64,000 nt of DNA, from NCBI GenBank assembly GCA_030141605.1, contig JAQGDQ010001055.1:3209-67208 (forward strand), in the 5' to 3' direction. The stretch is from Tubiluchus corallicola. Lineage: Eukaryota > Animalia > Priapulida. The stretch's first letter is position 1; each line of letters begins with the position of its first letter. The notes below the pieces were generated by a model. The model did not search any database. It saw only the letters and a program-made list of their open reading frames with translations, and was not told where the DNA came from. Shown here one piece after another: positions 35,801-48,795 of the stretch. Position numbers and translations under genes: made by a program.

Positions 35801-38800
35801 TAGAAATTTATCCTTGTTTTAATAACAAGTATTAATTAGTAATCAAACATTAAATTACAGACCAATTAGTATAAAGCTAGAATCACAGAAAAAGCTGCTT
35901 TAAACCAAGTCTTGTGACCAAAAACTATAAAAGTCCTCGATTTTAGTTCAAGATTCTATCAAGCACTTTAAAAAAGACAAAAAAGTACACAGTTTAAAAA
36001 AAGAAGCCACTTTGGCAAAATACATGTATAAGTGCTTTATTAACCAAAAACAAAACGTAATAGGTGCACAATTTTTATTTTAACAATGCAGATTGCTCTG
36101 AAAGGAATAATGCGATAAAAATATGCTGAATGGCTAATATGCTTAAATATGCAGACGAAATCAGAAAGAAATGCGGTTGAGTGTTAAGCCATACAGTAAA
36201 GATATACATTAGTATGACCTTACTAACTGTATTTTGCATGGTTAGTTATGCTTATAGCATTTGCTAGAATTAATTGCTTCTTTTCGAACACCATGTACTA
36301 CAACAATGAAATCTATACATGTTTAGTGAATGCCGTATAGAGAGAGTTAAATGTCAAGCATTACATGATTACTCTTTACATGATGCCTAATAGGCGAACG
36401 ACCTACGTAACGCTACGTTTTATGCCAAATACAGTTTCAGGTCAGTTAAAGTAATGCTAGCAATACAAAGGGTTATCATTCATTGTCACTTAGTAAAGTA
36501 GTAAATGATCAATCAATATTGTTAAATATGAATTTGTTTCAGTAAGGTCACCTTTACTTACACAGACAAACAGGGTAAAGCAGAGGTGATTTCTTGAGAA
36601 TTTCAGAGCGAGTAACTGCCATCTGGTGTTGGAATCCGAAGATAGGTGACATTTCAGAAATCGCAAACGTCTGGAAGTTGTTCAGAGCTAAGGTTTTGCG
36701 TGAAAGCATGCCAGCCGCATCGTATACTTCACCTCAAAATAACACGTTGCTATGTACAGGCGTAGCATCTCAAAACAGATGCAAGACATCAACTTCAGGG
36801 ATTACCTAAAGATTTGTGGCTTCCAAAAAATCCTCAGTTTGCTCCGAATAAGAAGCACTGTAACTAAGAGCCACACTAGGCCCTCAATAACTTAATGTAA
36901 AATTCAAATTATATTGGCTTATATTTGACACAGATCTTAACAATTGCTCTCTTTAAAGTTAAACATAATCTGTATAAAGAGATGCTAGGTGGGTGACCCG
37001 GCGCACAATGCATCACACCATCAAGTCTACTGAGTTCTGTATAGTTCCCCGTATTAGTGCATTTTGATTTTGGAAACTGTAAAATGAGCCTACAAATTAA
37101 CAGCAATGACGTAAGATTTATTTACAATTATGCGTACAGAAAGACAATTTTAACAATGTTCAACGTATGAACATAAGTTTATAAAAACCAATAAGACGAG
37201 CGTGTTTTATACCTTCATTGAAAATGACAGACACGTGTCCACACAGGCCTGTAACTGAAATATTACAGACTAGAAAGATTTCAGTGAGAGGAATCCGGTC
37301 ACTTCTGAATGTTTCACAACAACGCCTCCTGTTTATAGTTATGTGCTTTTCCGCCGACATTTCTGCATGTTTTCAACACAAAATATCTTGCGCATTGCAC
37401 ATTCAGTCACTACGCAACTGCATTATCACGCAACGCATTCAAACATAATTAATAAACTGATTAATTCAATTATACAGGAAGCAATGTATTCAGCGCTCAA
37501 TAAACACTCTTGCATACCAATGTCACTATTACGCATAAATTAACCGGCGTGTACTTTATTCCCAGTCAATGTTCGCATGAAAATACTCATGGAATCTATG
37601 AGATTTCAAACAATCTGGTATTCCCGACATGTTTCGGGCAGTACCCGAGTAACCCGACGCACGTCATAGTCGTCGCCGCTAGCAATGTCAACACGCATGC
37701 AACTACAATACACATCTTGAATCATTTAATAGCAAATAGTTGAAGCGAGACACGCGCAGTGCCCCGGCCGCATGAACAATTTCACAAATGAGTTGGCGTT
37801 AGAGTGTTCTGCCTTTCCATATTTCATTATCCTGCCGAACGCTATTATGAGGTATCCGTACGCACTGTACGCCGGCGGTACCTGGGCCCCCAACTTCGAT
37901 GTACAGATCCGTAGCATGGGCCCCCTCAGGCTCAAAATGATAATACTTTTGAGCATGCATAATACTCAAAATGCATAGTTAAACATACATTTTTTGGAAA
38001 ACTTCGAATTGTTATAAACTAAAGGATTTTGGATTTTAGGCTACAATTGAAGAGTTTTCTGTTTGTTCTAGCTGTTTATCTTCCTTGCCTCGCCGAGGCA
38101 CCTGAGTCAATTCAACCAGGAAATGGAACGAATATTTCTCCAAGAAAATTCATCAAGTAAAGGCAGTAATTAAGCAAACAATGGCAACGAGGAGTATCGA
38201 CCAAGCTGTTGATTATTCTACAGACAGGGTTAATGTGACACCTTGTTTGAGATTAACATTCTTTTTGTCTTTTGTTTCTAGACACAAAGCAAAAAATAGT
38301 CCTTATAAAGTCAATTAGTGTATGCAATTAATATATTAGTTCTTTTCAGGGTATGCAATAAAAGAAGTGACTTTTGCCTTTCTGAAGATGTATGCAGACG
38401 AACTGGAAACAGTAAAACGATATCTAAACTAATGTTGACCAATTACCAAATAGCAAAGAGTCACGTGGGCAGCAGAAAGTACTTGAAGACAGAGACATTC
38501 GGCACGTGTCTTTCAAGAGGTTTACATTTGACACACGTGTTAAACATGTGAACTTCGGGTCATACACAGTCTCTGACAGATAAAAATAATAAACATGGAG
38601 AATAAGCGGCAAGGCTTGTTATTGACGAATGACGACCAATTCAGTGACCCGATTCATATAATTCTTGAAGTCCGTGTACCATTTAAGACGGACAACTGTT
38701 TAATAGTAACGTAACGTTCAACTGGTCAACAGTGAAAAACGTTGGTGATTCTATCTGATTCTATTGTAAAGTCACTGATCCAGAGAGCCGTCTATTTTAG

Positions 38801-40415
38801 CTACTATATGACCATCATTTGATACTCTCACAATTACTGGATTAGTAAGGAGAAGTCTTCCATGATAAGTTTCTACTCTGCGGGACCACAGCGGCTAAGT
38901 ATTTTTTTTACAAATCGCCCAGCATCTCCATGGAAATAGAGTTCGCATATCTAGTGATAATAGGCACCTGTTGGCGTAATTCTTGAATCAAGTAAATGTT
39001 GAACTTTCAGGAAAACAGGCTTCTGCCAAGGTACAGAATTCCATAAATAAATATCTGAGACAAAATGTATTTATAAGCAAACATTTAGGAACGTCGAGGA
39101 TGAGTTTATGTTAACGAAAAAACACAAAAATTAACATTTTAATTAAAACGTATTAAGTTGCCTAAAGTGAACGGACTTTAGCAGTGCAACCCTTAATGCA
39201 AGCGTAAATAAATACCACTAGAAAGGTTTTGAAAGGACGCGCAAGTTATTACAAAAATCGACCAAAAGTCTCCAATCTGCCAAGCTTCGTCACAAGTTCG
39301 CAATTTCAGCAAAATAAATGCCGTGGTGATGCAATCTGCGAATGTAGGTCAACCTTTTATTAATGGAAACAAGAAAGGCAAAAATTGCAAATAAGACGAA
39401 AACACCAGAAGACGACGGCAGGCGGAGAAAGAGTGTGTGTGAGAGAGAGAAAGAAGTAAGAAAGAGAAGATGAAGAAAGATGCAAGGCAAATGAAAAAGA
39501 GAAGCATACAGTCCAAGATAATGCAATAAGAGTTTAAACTGCGATAAAAAGCCTCAGCACGTAATAGGATCTGCAAACGTTCTGCAACATTCGGTTAAAT
39601 TGAATTTCATCATCGCACTGTTACTGCACGCTGAACTCGATTAAATAGCATGTAATATCATCGTATTACTGCAACTAAAATGATAAAACTTTCAATTTTG
39701 ACAAAATTTAACTGCCGAACAAAAATATTGGTGTAGTAGAACTAGGCTGAACATTTTCCCACCAAAGCATGATGTAATGATTCACTATACGGATGCAGTT
39801 GCATTCACTGACAAGTAATTATTAAACAGGATATGCAAATTAGACCAACATGCACGGTTCCAAATTAATTTGGTAAATATCAATTAATTATATATCCCTT
39901 CATACCTGTGCACTCACTGTGCCTAATTGATTTAACATAATAATTATATTGTCCTGGCTGTATGACCGGTATCACCAATTAAAGAGCTACGTAGGGCAAA
40001 ATGTCATTTATGAAGCGAATACCCAAGGACCATGGGAGTGATGGGACCACTCGATGAAGCTGCAATTATCTTACAAGTATAGCTGTTACGAGTAAAGACT
40101 TCTTTGGAAACAAATTAATCTCAAAGATCTTGAATGCTATACAAACAAGCGTTTTGTGCACGGTTGTACATTGCACGACAGATAGATTATGTGGCGCATT
40201 CAGTGATTTATTTCAATTACGTCGATCAAATATATTTGAACGTTGGGTATGCAAAGTGAATATGAGCTTAGATAACTTCAGTCTTTCTTCAAAGAAAGTT
40301 ACTAGTCATACAGACACCGACATACAAGCATAAAATAACCAGAAAATAAAGCCTAACGTGAAAAGGCAGCAAATGGGTGTTTTAAGACGCAGGGTTTTGA
40401 AGTAATATTATTGTA

Positions 40416-40828
40416 CAGGGTGTCCATAAAGTCTGGGTACATAGTAAAAACAAATACTTTTTAAAAAACAATTTTATTCAATTTTGATGTTGATAAATAA
40501 TATTTTCAACATGATTTCCATCATTTTCAATGCATAATTTGATGCGTTTTACAAAATTCATGTGAACTCGATGGAATAGATCCGCATTGCCGTCGATTTC
40601 AGCACACTGACTGGTAATGCGTTCTCTTAAATGGCTTAAATCTGTAATCTTCATCGAGTACACTTTCTCTTTTAGCACGCCCCAGAAAAAGAAGTCAAGG
40701 GGAGTACGGTCTGGTGAACGAGGGGACCACTCTACATTGACAAGACAAAGCCATTTTCTTTCTGAGGAGAAAAAATAAAAACAAATAAATAAATAGTAAA
40801 ATCCCTTATGTACCCAGACTTTATGGAC
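40416..40828 (-). mobile_element. Internally deleted mariner/Tc1-superfamily transposon
   Basis: TIR TA-CAGGGTGTCCATAAAGTCTGGGTACATA; the right TIR is truncated at its outer end. It retains the transposase C-terminus WSPRSPDRTPLDFFFWGVLKEKVY...CIENDGNHVEN (cf. WPPRSPDLTPLDFFLWG). Confidence 0.92.
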
Positions 40829-43800
40829 TTTATGATAATAGCATGCACTATGTTCACTGATTTCAGTGGTATCCACCCTCTCCTTCTCGTCCATCAATTT
40901 CAAGCGTTACAATAAAAACGACTTTTGTCAGCATTTGTTTACTTTTCGCCGTTTCTTCATTTTCTAGAAATCGATCCACTTAGAACTGAAGAGTTACAAG
41001 TGGGCCCATTGAAGCCACGCAGTCAATCTGCCACCCATCTGTGGAAACGTGAAGCCAAGCGGTTACTTCAGCGGTGACGTGCGTCGGCGGCGCAAATATG
41101 AGAAAAAAATGAAAAATTATACTCTAAGCGTAGAGTTACAAAACTACTGTGGAATGTGGAACAGGCTCAGGAGTTACGTCGTTTAAACTTTAACATACTT
41201 AAAAGTTAACCAGATAGGTCTAGTCCGACTATCTAATAGTAATAACTGTATGCAACCGTTGAAATTTTCAAAGAGATTGTGCCACAAACAGCCAATTGGA
41301 CACGTCTTGCGAATAGACGTACGGGACAAAGACGTCTTCTCCTGGCAGAAGAAATTGTCCTGAAAGGCCTTGTCCACTTGTATTTCGTTTTATACTAAAT
41401 GTAGATATGTGTATATACGCAGATATGTAGTCATTCCCCACTGTGTCGTTAAAACACATTGTCACGGTCCCCATAAGCAATGAAAGTGCTTCTCGCGGCT
41501 GTGCTGTAACTAATTATTAAAGATACATGTGCTCTGTCTACATTACAAGATTAATCCGGGTCCTAGTTATACACATATTGTAAGACCACAGATAGTCAAG
41601 GAAAGTTCAATACCTGTAGTGATTTTACTGGCTGTGTGACTCTTCACATCAGATCCACATTTAAAAAGTCTACGACGGCAGAGAGTATTTTTTGCCTAGT
41701 GTAAATGGGGTTCAAGACAGCACCCAGTTATGAGAAGATCCGGACAAAAATGAAAAAACATAAGGGTCGACAAGCGTAAGGTCAGTAGACAAACGATGAA
41801 ATGGACGCAAGTTTGTCTCCTGGCATTTTCAGCTACATCCATTGGAAAAAATATTTCCTCTAATAATTCTGTTTTTGAAACGTTACAATTCAGCTGAAAC
41901 TTTCACTATAAGATGTCATTTAATTACCAAACAAAAAAGAAGAAAAAGAAGAAAGAATGGTTCAACGCTAGACGTGTACGGCATTTACTTACGAAGCCTC
42001 GCATACGAAGTGGCGAGCTCATCGCTCGGTGGCCCTTTTCTCCTTTTCAACACATGAAAGAACTCTCAGCAGGCCCAAGAAGAAACAGCTTGAAAAATTC
42101 GATATAAGTGAGATTCGCGTCTTCACGTTAAACAAAACGCACGAAAAAATACAGAAGGAAAACAGTAAGACTTTAACTACAGGTTTAACGAAACAAATAA
42201 AACAATATTGTTTTCCCCTGTTTCACACTCATCTAAAATCAATTTATCGGCTAACTAAATCTTTGTGACGTGCAGTGATTAAATATACAAAACACGCAGT
42301 CAGCTATAAAATGAAAATGTTTATAGGCAATTTTCCAATTGCATATTCAACCTACTTTCACTGCTACAAATAAATCTTATAGATCATCTCTTTCTCCTAA
42401 CAAAGCTTGTTCTTAATCTGTCGGCGCAATGTCAGTTTCTTCAATACACGTTTCAATTAAACTTCTAATCCAGACAGATTAGATGCTGACAGAATTAATT
42501 TCTATTGGAAATCTGGAATGCTGCAGTTGCAAAGACGTGGTGTTTTTAGAATACGCACACGAAGATCATTAAAAAAGGTCTGACGTAGTATAATAATTTT
42601 GGCAACAAATTATGAAAGTTGAATTGTCAAGCACAGCTTCAACAAAGCAGCACAGAAACTTTCTACTTTGTTGCAAGATTACATATTTATCAAACACGCC
42701 AATATTGTCATGTTATATGGCTAACACTTAACAACTTAAGCAATACGCAAGAAAAGTTTCAGGTGTTCTGTCTCGGCTTTTTCTAGTGTCCGTGATTGAA
42801 AAGCTCAGTTACGTGTATTGTAATCAGCACCAAGTCACAGAAGGTAGCACGAAACTCCGAAAACACGATTTTTTGAGCTTGAGTCGAATCTTAGTCGATA
42901 ATTTACACAATTGCATTCATTGCCATGCTGACTGTTGTACAGCGTTTCGGGAATTGAAAATAACAAGCGTACGACAAAAATCAAATGTGTGCCGTGTGTC
43001 ATAACAAAGTAGCTCCTCAAAGTGTTGTGGCAAGACGTGTATTTTGTGATCTTAACAGCGCAAAAAAATGCTATCTTGTTGCTTTTAACGCAGTGCTCAG
43101 TTCGCAATGTTCAGATCAATTTGTAAAACAGACAAAGACGTGTACAATGCACGAGCAATGTGGCGTTGCTTTTGTGATACAATTCACGTCACATAAAGCT
43201 GAGACTAGGTCAGGAGTCACTTCAGCCCAACAGAAGTTTTATTAAAAAACTTGCCCGGGGCTGTTGCACGTTTCAAGCATACTTCATCCTCTCTGTAATC
43301 TCCAAAGCTTTTTACCGCCTACAGTAATGCAAGGCGGTGTATTTTCATCGCGCAGCATATATATACGCCAGCATGCTAGATCCATCAGAAACAGCGGTCC
43401 ATTCAGTCCAAATAAGCTTAGATAGCCATATTAATTCACTCGCACTGAAATGTATATACTTGTCTGTGAAAGTGTACAATAATTAGTAAGTTGTCAAAGT
43501 CAGTCTTAGACAAATATCGTTTTTTGAAACATACGTTATGTTTTTATAGACTGATTTTGCATCCACACATTAGACTAAATGTCAACCTGATAAAAACGCA
43601 AATTTGCAAAATCCGACAAAAAGTGTTTTGACTGGGCAGGTACGATTTTGTTGAAATGTTTCAATTATACTGACTATTAGTAATAGATCTAAATGCCAAA
43701 CCGCCGATCTTTATATAGGGCACTGCCATAATTGTGAATGACCATGCTGAAAACGCAGGCATAGACATAGCAAAGTGTGCAGTGTCTAACAGTAAGCCAA

Positions 43801-44045
43801 TGCAATCACTAGCCACATAATAAGTGACACAGAAATGACAGGGAAAATATTGAACAGATTGTGAAAGTACTCGTCCTCTCTATCAGTAATCTATGTGTAG
43901 GTTAAGTACTAGCATCAGCACAGATATTTATTACATAGATACATACGCAGCGTAAGATAAAACTACCTATTCAATTACTAGACAAATGACCCTAGAATGG
44001 TTGTTTATAGGATGAAAATGAGTCAATGAGTTAACTAACCCTTGC

Positions 44046-44155
44046 TCGTAATTACTTGAGAGGGAGGCTCCATGCACACACCACCTTAACAACAGATAAT
44101 TAACTTCTACTCGTAATTACTTGAGAGGGCCGATGCACGCACACACCGCTCCAAC
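44046..44155. repeat. Degenerate ~64 bp tandem duplication
   Basis: CTCGTAATTACTTGAGAGGG at 44046 and 44110, each followed by ATGCAC..CACACC. Confidence 0.75.
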
Positions 44156-45225
44156 TGTTGGCGTGCACTGCCAACGCTACGACTTGCAGATTCAATAGCT
44201 ATTTCGGAAGTCAGATTCAACCTCCATCATTGAACGATCATTCATCATCACATACCACTTGTCAAACAGTTTAACAGAAAACATGTTTTCTTTTGAATAC
44301 ACCATTGATGCAAGGTTGCACAGGTCGCTCTCCACTGAGAGCCAATGTCAGTGTGACATAAAAATCATAAAATATAGTATATTCTCCTTTTCTATTAAAT
44401 GTTTATACTCGAGTAGATAGACGGTACCCAAGTCGCAATAACTTTGCAATAAAGTATTTCTTACTGTAATTCTGAAACTTGAAAGTTATGTTATACCTGA
44501 AAGTACTCGCCTGTAGCACTCATCGAAAGTGCAAATGTGCCCACTTTGTGTATATAATTCAGAAGACCGTAATTTAGGTAAACAGTTACATCAAATAAAG
44601 ACGAAACTGAAGGACATTTTTTTATAAAACTGAAACATGCATTATACTACATACGTTTTTTTATTGTAGCTTCAATGTTATTATTATGTTAATGTGTAGA
44701 ATCTGGGCGTTTTTAGGAAATGTGCTCATCCATAAACATGTACATCTGTTACCTAGCAATACTTCAAAAATGTTGTTGAAACTGATATAGTGCAATCATT
44801 TATCTAGGGAACATCGTAGTTTGCGCGAATGAAATCAATTAATACAAATAATATAGCCGTATTACGCACAATTTCGCCTGGCCAAGCATTTGATTGTCCA
44901 ACAATGAGCCGTATATTACATTACCACCGCCTAACAACACAATTCTGACGTGCTCAGTAATGGCTTCGTGTAATAATATTGACCACACTTGACCAGGCTG
45001 CGAGTGTAACGTTCATCATTAATGTCCATTCAGGGGCAATATCCGGCGCGAGAATTCCCAAGCGGTGGACGCACGTACTGTATCACAAAAGCACGGAATC
45101 TGTTTGGAACTGAAATGGCTATGTGAAGGAAGTTGTGAGGCTTCACAATGACTGTTCACAACAGTATTTTCCAATGCATTCCGTTCTTCTGGCTTCAGCT
45201 CTTATATACCTTGTTATTTAGCCCT

Positions 45226-45226
<1 letters not shown>

Positions 45227-45272
<46 letters not shown>
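45227..45272. repeat. (CT)~23 microsatellite
   Basis: Read directly. Confidence 0.97.
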
Positions 45273-45281
<9 letters not shown>

Positions 45282-48200
45282 CCTCTTTTCTCGTCTCTCC
45301 CAATTCTCCTTGCTCTCTCCCTACACCTTTTCCACCGTTCTGCATATTCACAGAGACTGCACAGAGCGTCGGAAACACACAAGCCATCAGCCGTGGCGAA
45401 TTAACGTTGCATGAAACGGAGAATTTTATCCTAATTTGCGACATGTCGTAAACCAAGCTGCAGAGTGCATCTAGTACTGCAGCGAATGTTGAACGCACAA
45501 CGCAATGAATGCATTCCCCTCTACCCGCATAATTCATAGAAAACTAACTGCGCAATCATAAAGCGTGTGCCCGCAAACATATTGATTATAAATGCATAAA
45601 TTTGTGCGCCAATCAAAATACTCGATAATTGGACAAGTGTTAGCAAAATCAGCAGCAGAACCAGCCAGGAAAAGTCAATACCACTGCAAACGCTTAGCAA
45701 GATTACTGTCACACATAAGAAAACTTTATGCAGTCTTTAATACTTAAGCATTACACACTTAACCATTTAACATAGCAGCTCACGGGCTATTTTTGATACA
45801 TGGTAGTTATTAGTATGCACTACGCACTCATGTTCATATGTTTGCAATGGAACGTTAGCAGCTCAGCATTAATATTACTCATCCGATCGAAGTTGAGATT
45901 AATGATCCTACTAAAAGGCTCTAATCCGAAGCCGTAACTGGACACCGGGCAAAATCAAATAATAATCCCGAGTTCAACCGCCTACCAAATCAAACGAATG
46001 CATGAGAGGCTCTACAGTGACTGTCAGAAAAGATCAACTTCAGAACGGTCCTTTCAAGAACAAAATAGGCAGCAATCAATGCGATAAAAAGAAGCTTGTG
46101 GTGGCAGACGTGACCCAGAAACGTACAGCCATGACTACAGTTCTAAAAGAGATCGTTAACCCTTCGGCAGACAGTCGACAGCCTAGCAACGGTGGAGTAA
46201 AGTGCCAAAAGAACACCCAATCCATTCTCTGGTATTTACATTTGCAAATAACCACAGGTGAAAATCTTTTAAAATGTCAACAACAAAAAAGAGTTCGCCG
46301 GGACAATTACGCATTGGCCAACCGAGGAACGAATACTTGAGGTCACATTATAAAGCTGTGAAGAATATAAGACCCTGTTCAAGGAATGGCAGACTCACGG
46401 AGTAGAAGACCCAGAGTGAAAGCAACTAGTGGCATAATGACTATAAATAAAAACCAACAAAACAGGCCAAGGGAACGCGTGTGTCGTGCCTTTAACGTTA
46501 AATCATAATGTGCATACAATAGTTTAGAAAATCAGCTAACGAAAGTCAGTGATAAACTCCACAAAGAACGAAAACACGCGGTGTCGAGATCGCTCTCTTT
46601 GCACCCCTTCTCTCAATGGAGACGGCTGCTGTACCGGCTGTATCTATCGATCTCGTTGAATTCTGGATTTTACTCGGAATTTAAACAAGTAAAACTTGGC
46701 GGAGCAATCAGAGGCAATTACTTCCAATGTCCCAGGCCGTCCAAGAGCCGTCTCTCGGACGATCCTAAATTTGTGTCGCCTGATGATGTTGGCAAGAGCA
46801 CAAAATGACGCTTTGCTAAAACGCTTTACTGCACGGCGGTAAAGTTTATGACAGCCAGGCTTTGCAGCAAACCGGAAATAGAAAGAGTCGTAAAACATCT
46901 GTATGTAAATCACCAGCATCCGTACAGTAATCACTAATTAGCTAATTAGTGTAAAACGCTGAGGCCGATCGTTAACTTAAACGGATTCACTTATGCAAGA
47001 ACAATAACCGGCACAGGTTTTCGCTTACTCTTGTAAAATTAAATCGGCTGCATAAAGGCTACCAGGCTCTAACGTATTTTAAACGCCACTGAATAATAAG
47101 CGTTATTGATTAATCGTTACTGTACTTTTCCATAAATACAGTTTATGTGCTTTACTATTTCAAGTTTATCAAGAACTTTCCAAGTCCAACCAAGCATGGC
47201 TATCAGCCAGCGCCAGCTTCAGAAATTTAGACAATTCCAAAACTGGGTCATATCATAAGCACTCGGTCTCACAAGAAGACTATCAATTGGCAAATCTTAT
47301 AGAAATTACAGTAATCAACGAACTATCCAGTTTGGAACAGTTTTGCGTGCAACTGCTGACAAACCCAATACATACCAATTTTTTTACTTAGCCGACCCAA
47401 AATGAACCAAAGTACAGTCATCAAAGTAATAAGCCGTCATTTCATAAATACTAGCCGAGATCAATGTTGCTTAACTGTCACTTATAATTTATAACCGATG
47501 ACACCGACAAGCATCTACTCAAATGCAATTCTGAGAAGATCGGGAGTAACATTTATAGAACAAATACACATTTCCACTGATATTTATACAAGTGATTTGA
47601 ATCTGCGGCAATAGCTACACATTACGGAGACGCAGTCATGTATGTTTAACCTATAGTATTAGTCTGCATTTTCAGGAAATTGCCTACCATACTGAGCTAG
47701 CGTAGATTGAACGCCTAGACAAAATGTCGGTAAATAAACACAACTCATATAAAATTTCAGCTGAAGCCCGCGTGACATCACTGACATGTTAGAAATTTGT
47801 GATATGTGCCACGCGGAGGTGCCTGGGTCAAAGGATTTTTGTAGTAACAGCGGGTGAAACGTCTGTACGAAGTAACACACACTAATGTTTGTTTATCCGG
47901 GATGGGACACTCGCAGCATCATTCAGAAATATTGACAGATTTTAACAGGAAAAAAATGGGAGTAAGCGATGATCATGTGCCTGAAAAATGTGTGGAGATT
48001 TCCTGAATCGACGCCATTTAGGATAATATGTAATTAAACCATCAGTTTAATAAAAATAATGCATGAGATTCGTGCATAAACAATGGAAGTAATTTCAAAC
48101 AGTACTATTTTGACTACTACGGTCTTAAGTACTGTACCAAATATACAGTACTGACGCACTAGACGAAGAACTGACGTAGAAATTACTTTCCTAATTTTTC

Positions 48201-48721
48201 AATTTAAGAATGTAAAAATGGATGATTCTTAGAGCTGCCGCTGACCGAAATACAATTTGTGATTTCATCAAATTCTGATTGCTATAATGTTAGCGTCTGC
48301 AAACTTTCTTGATAGTAATTGCTGCTCGTAATTTTATTTATAGTGCAAAAGGTCCATACATGGACATACAATAACAAAAATAATTGTATAAGAATATTGC
48401 TATTAGAAAACAGTTTCAGTCTTAGACAAGTATTGAACGAGTTAAAATTATTCTGGTGTTTCAAAGAAGTACAATGGATTAGGAAAATTCTTGTCCACCC
48501 CCTCGCTATTGTTTTATTTTCCTGTCTCTGAGAATTACCTATTCATTTAAGACTAATATTCTGGTTATAATGTTAGTATGCTTATTATGCTTACAAACCA
48601 CAATTAATTATAATTCCGGGATTGCAGATTCACACTAGAATCATCCTAGTGTGAGCGACCTAACATTGTAAATGCTGAATTTAGTTGCTAAAAGGGATGA
48701 GTGCCTTGATGACTGAAGAAT

Positions 48722-48795
48722 GCGGTGGCCAGGTTGTCTAAGGCTTCTGCTTGTAAACAACTCTTGCTCAAGTCCAGGTTGTATTTTAACTTTTC
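48722..48795 (+). mobile_element. tRNA-derived SINE head or tRNA pseudogene remnant
   Basis: GGTGGCCAGGTTGTCTAAGGC resembles a Leu/Ser tRNA D-arm/A-box, followed by B-box-like GCTCAAGTCC. Confidence 0.35.

Noticed and set aside
37560-37940. GC-rich block with hairpin CCCGA..TCGGG and overlapping short ORFs
   Set aside because: No protein or RNA family recognisable and no termini found; could be a transposon remnant or enhancer but is unsupported.
45148-45537. ORFs with SLSLSL / ERERER runs
   Set aside because: Translation of the (CT)n microsatellite.
48722-48795. Functional tRNA gene
   Set aside because: Acceptor, anticodon and T stems do not pair; only degenerate A/B boxes remain.
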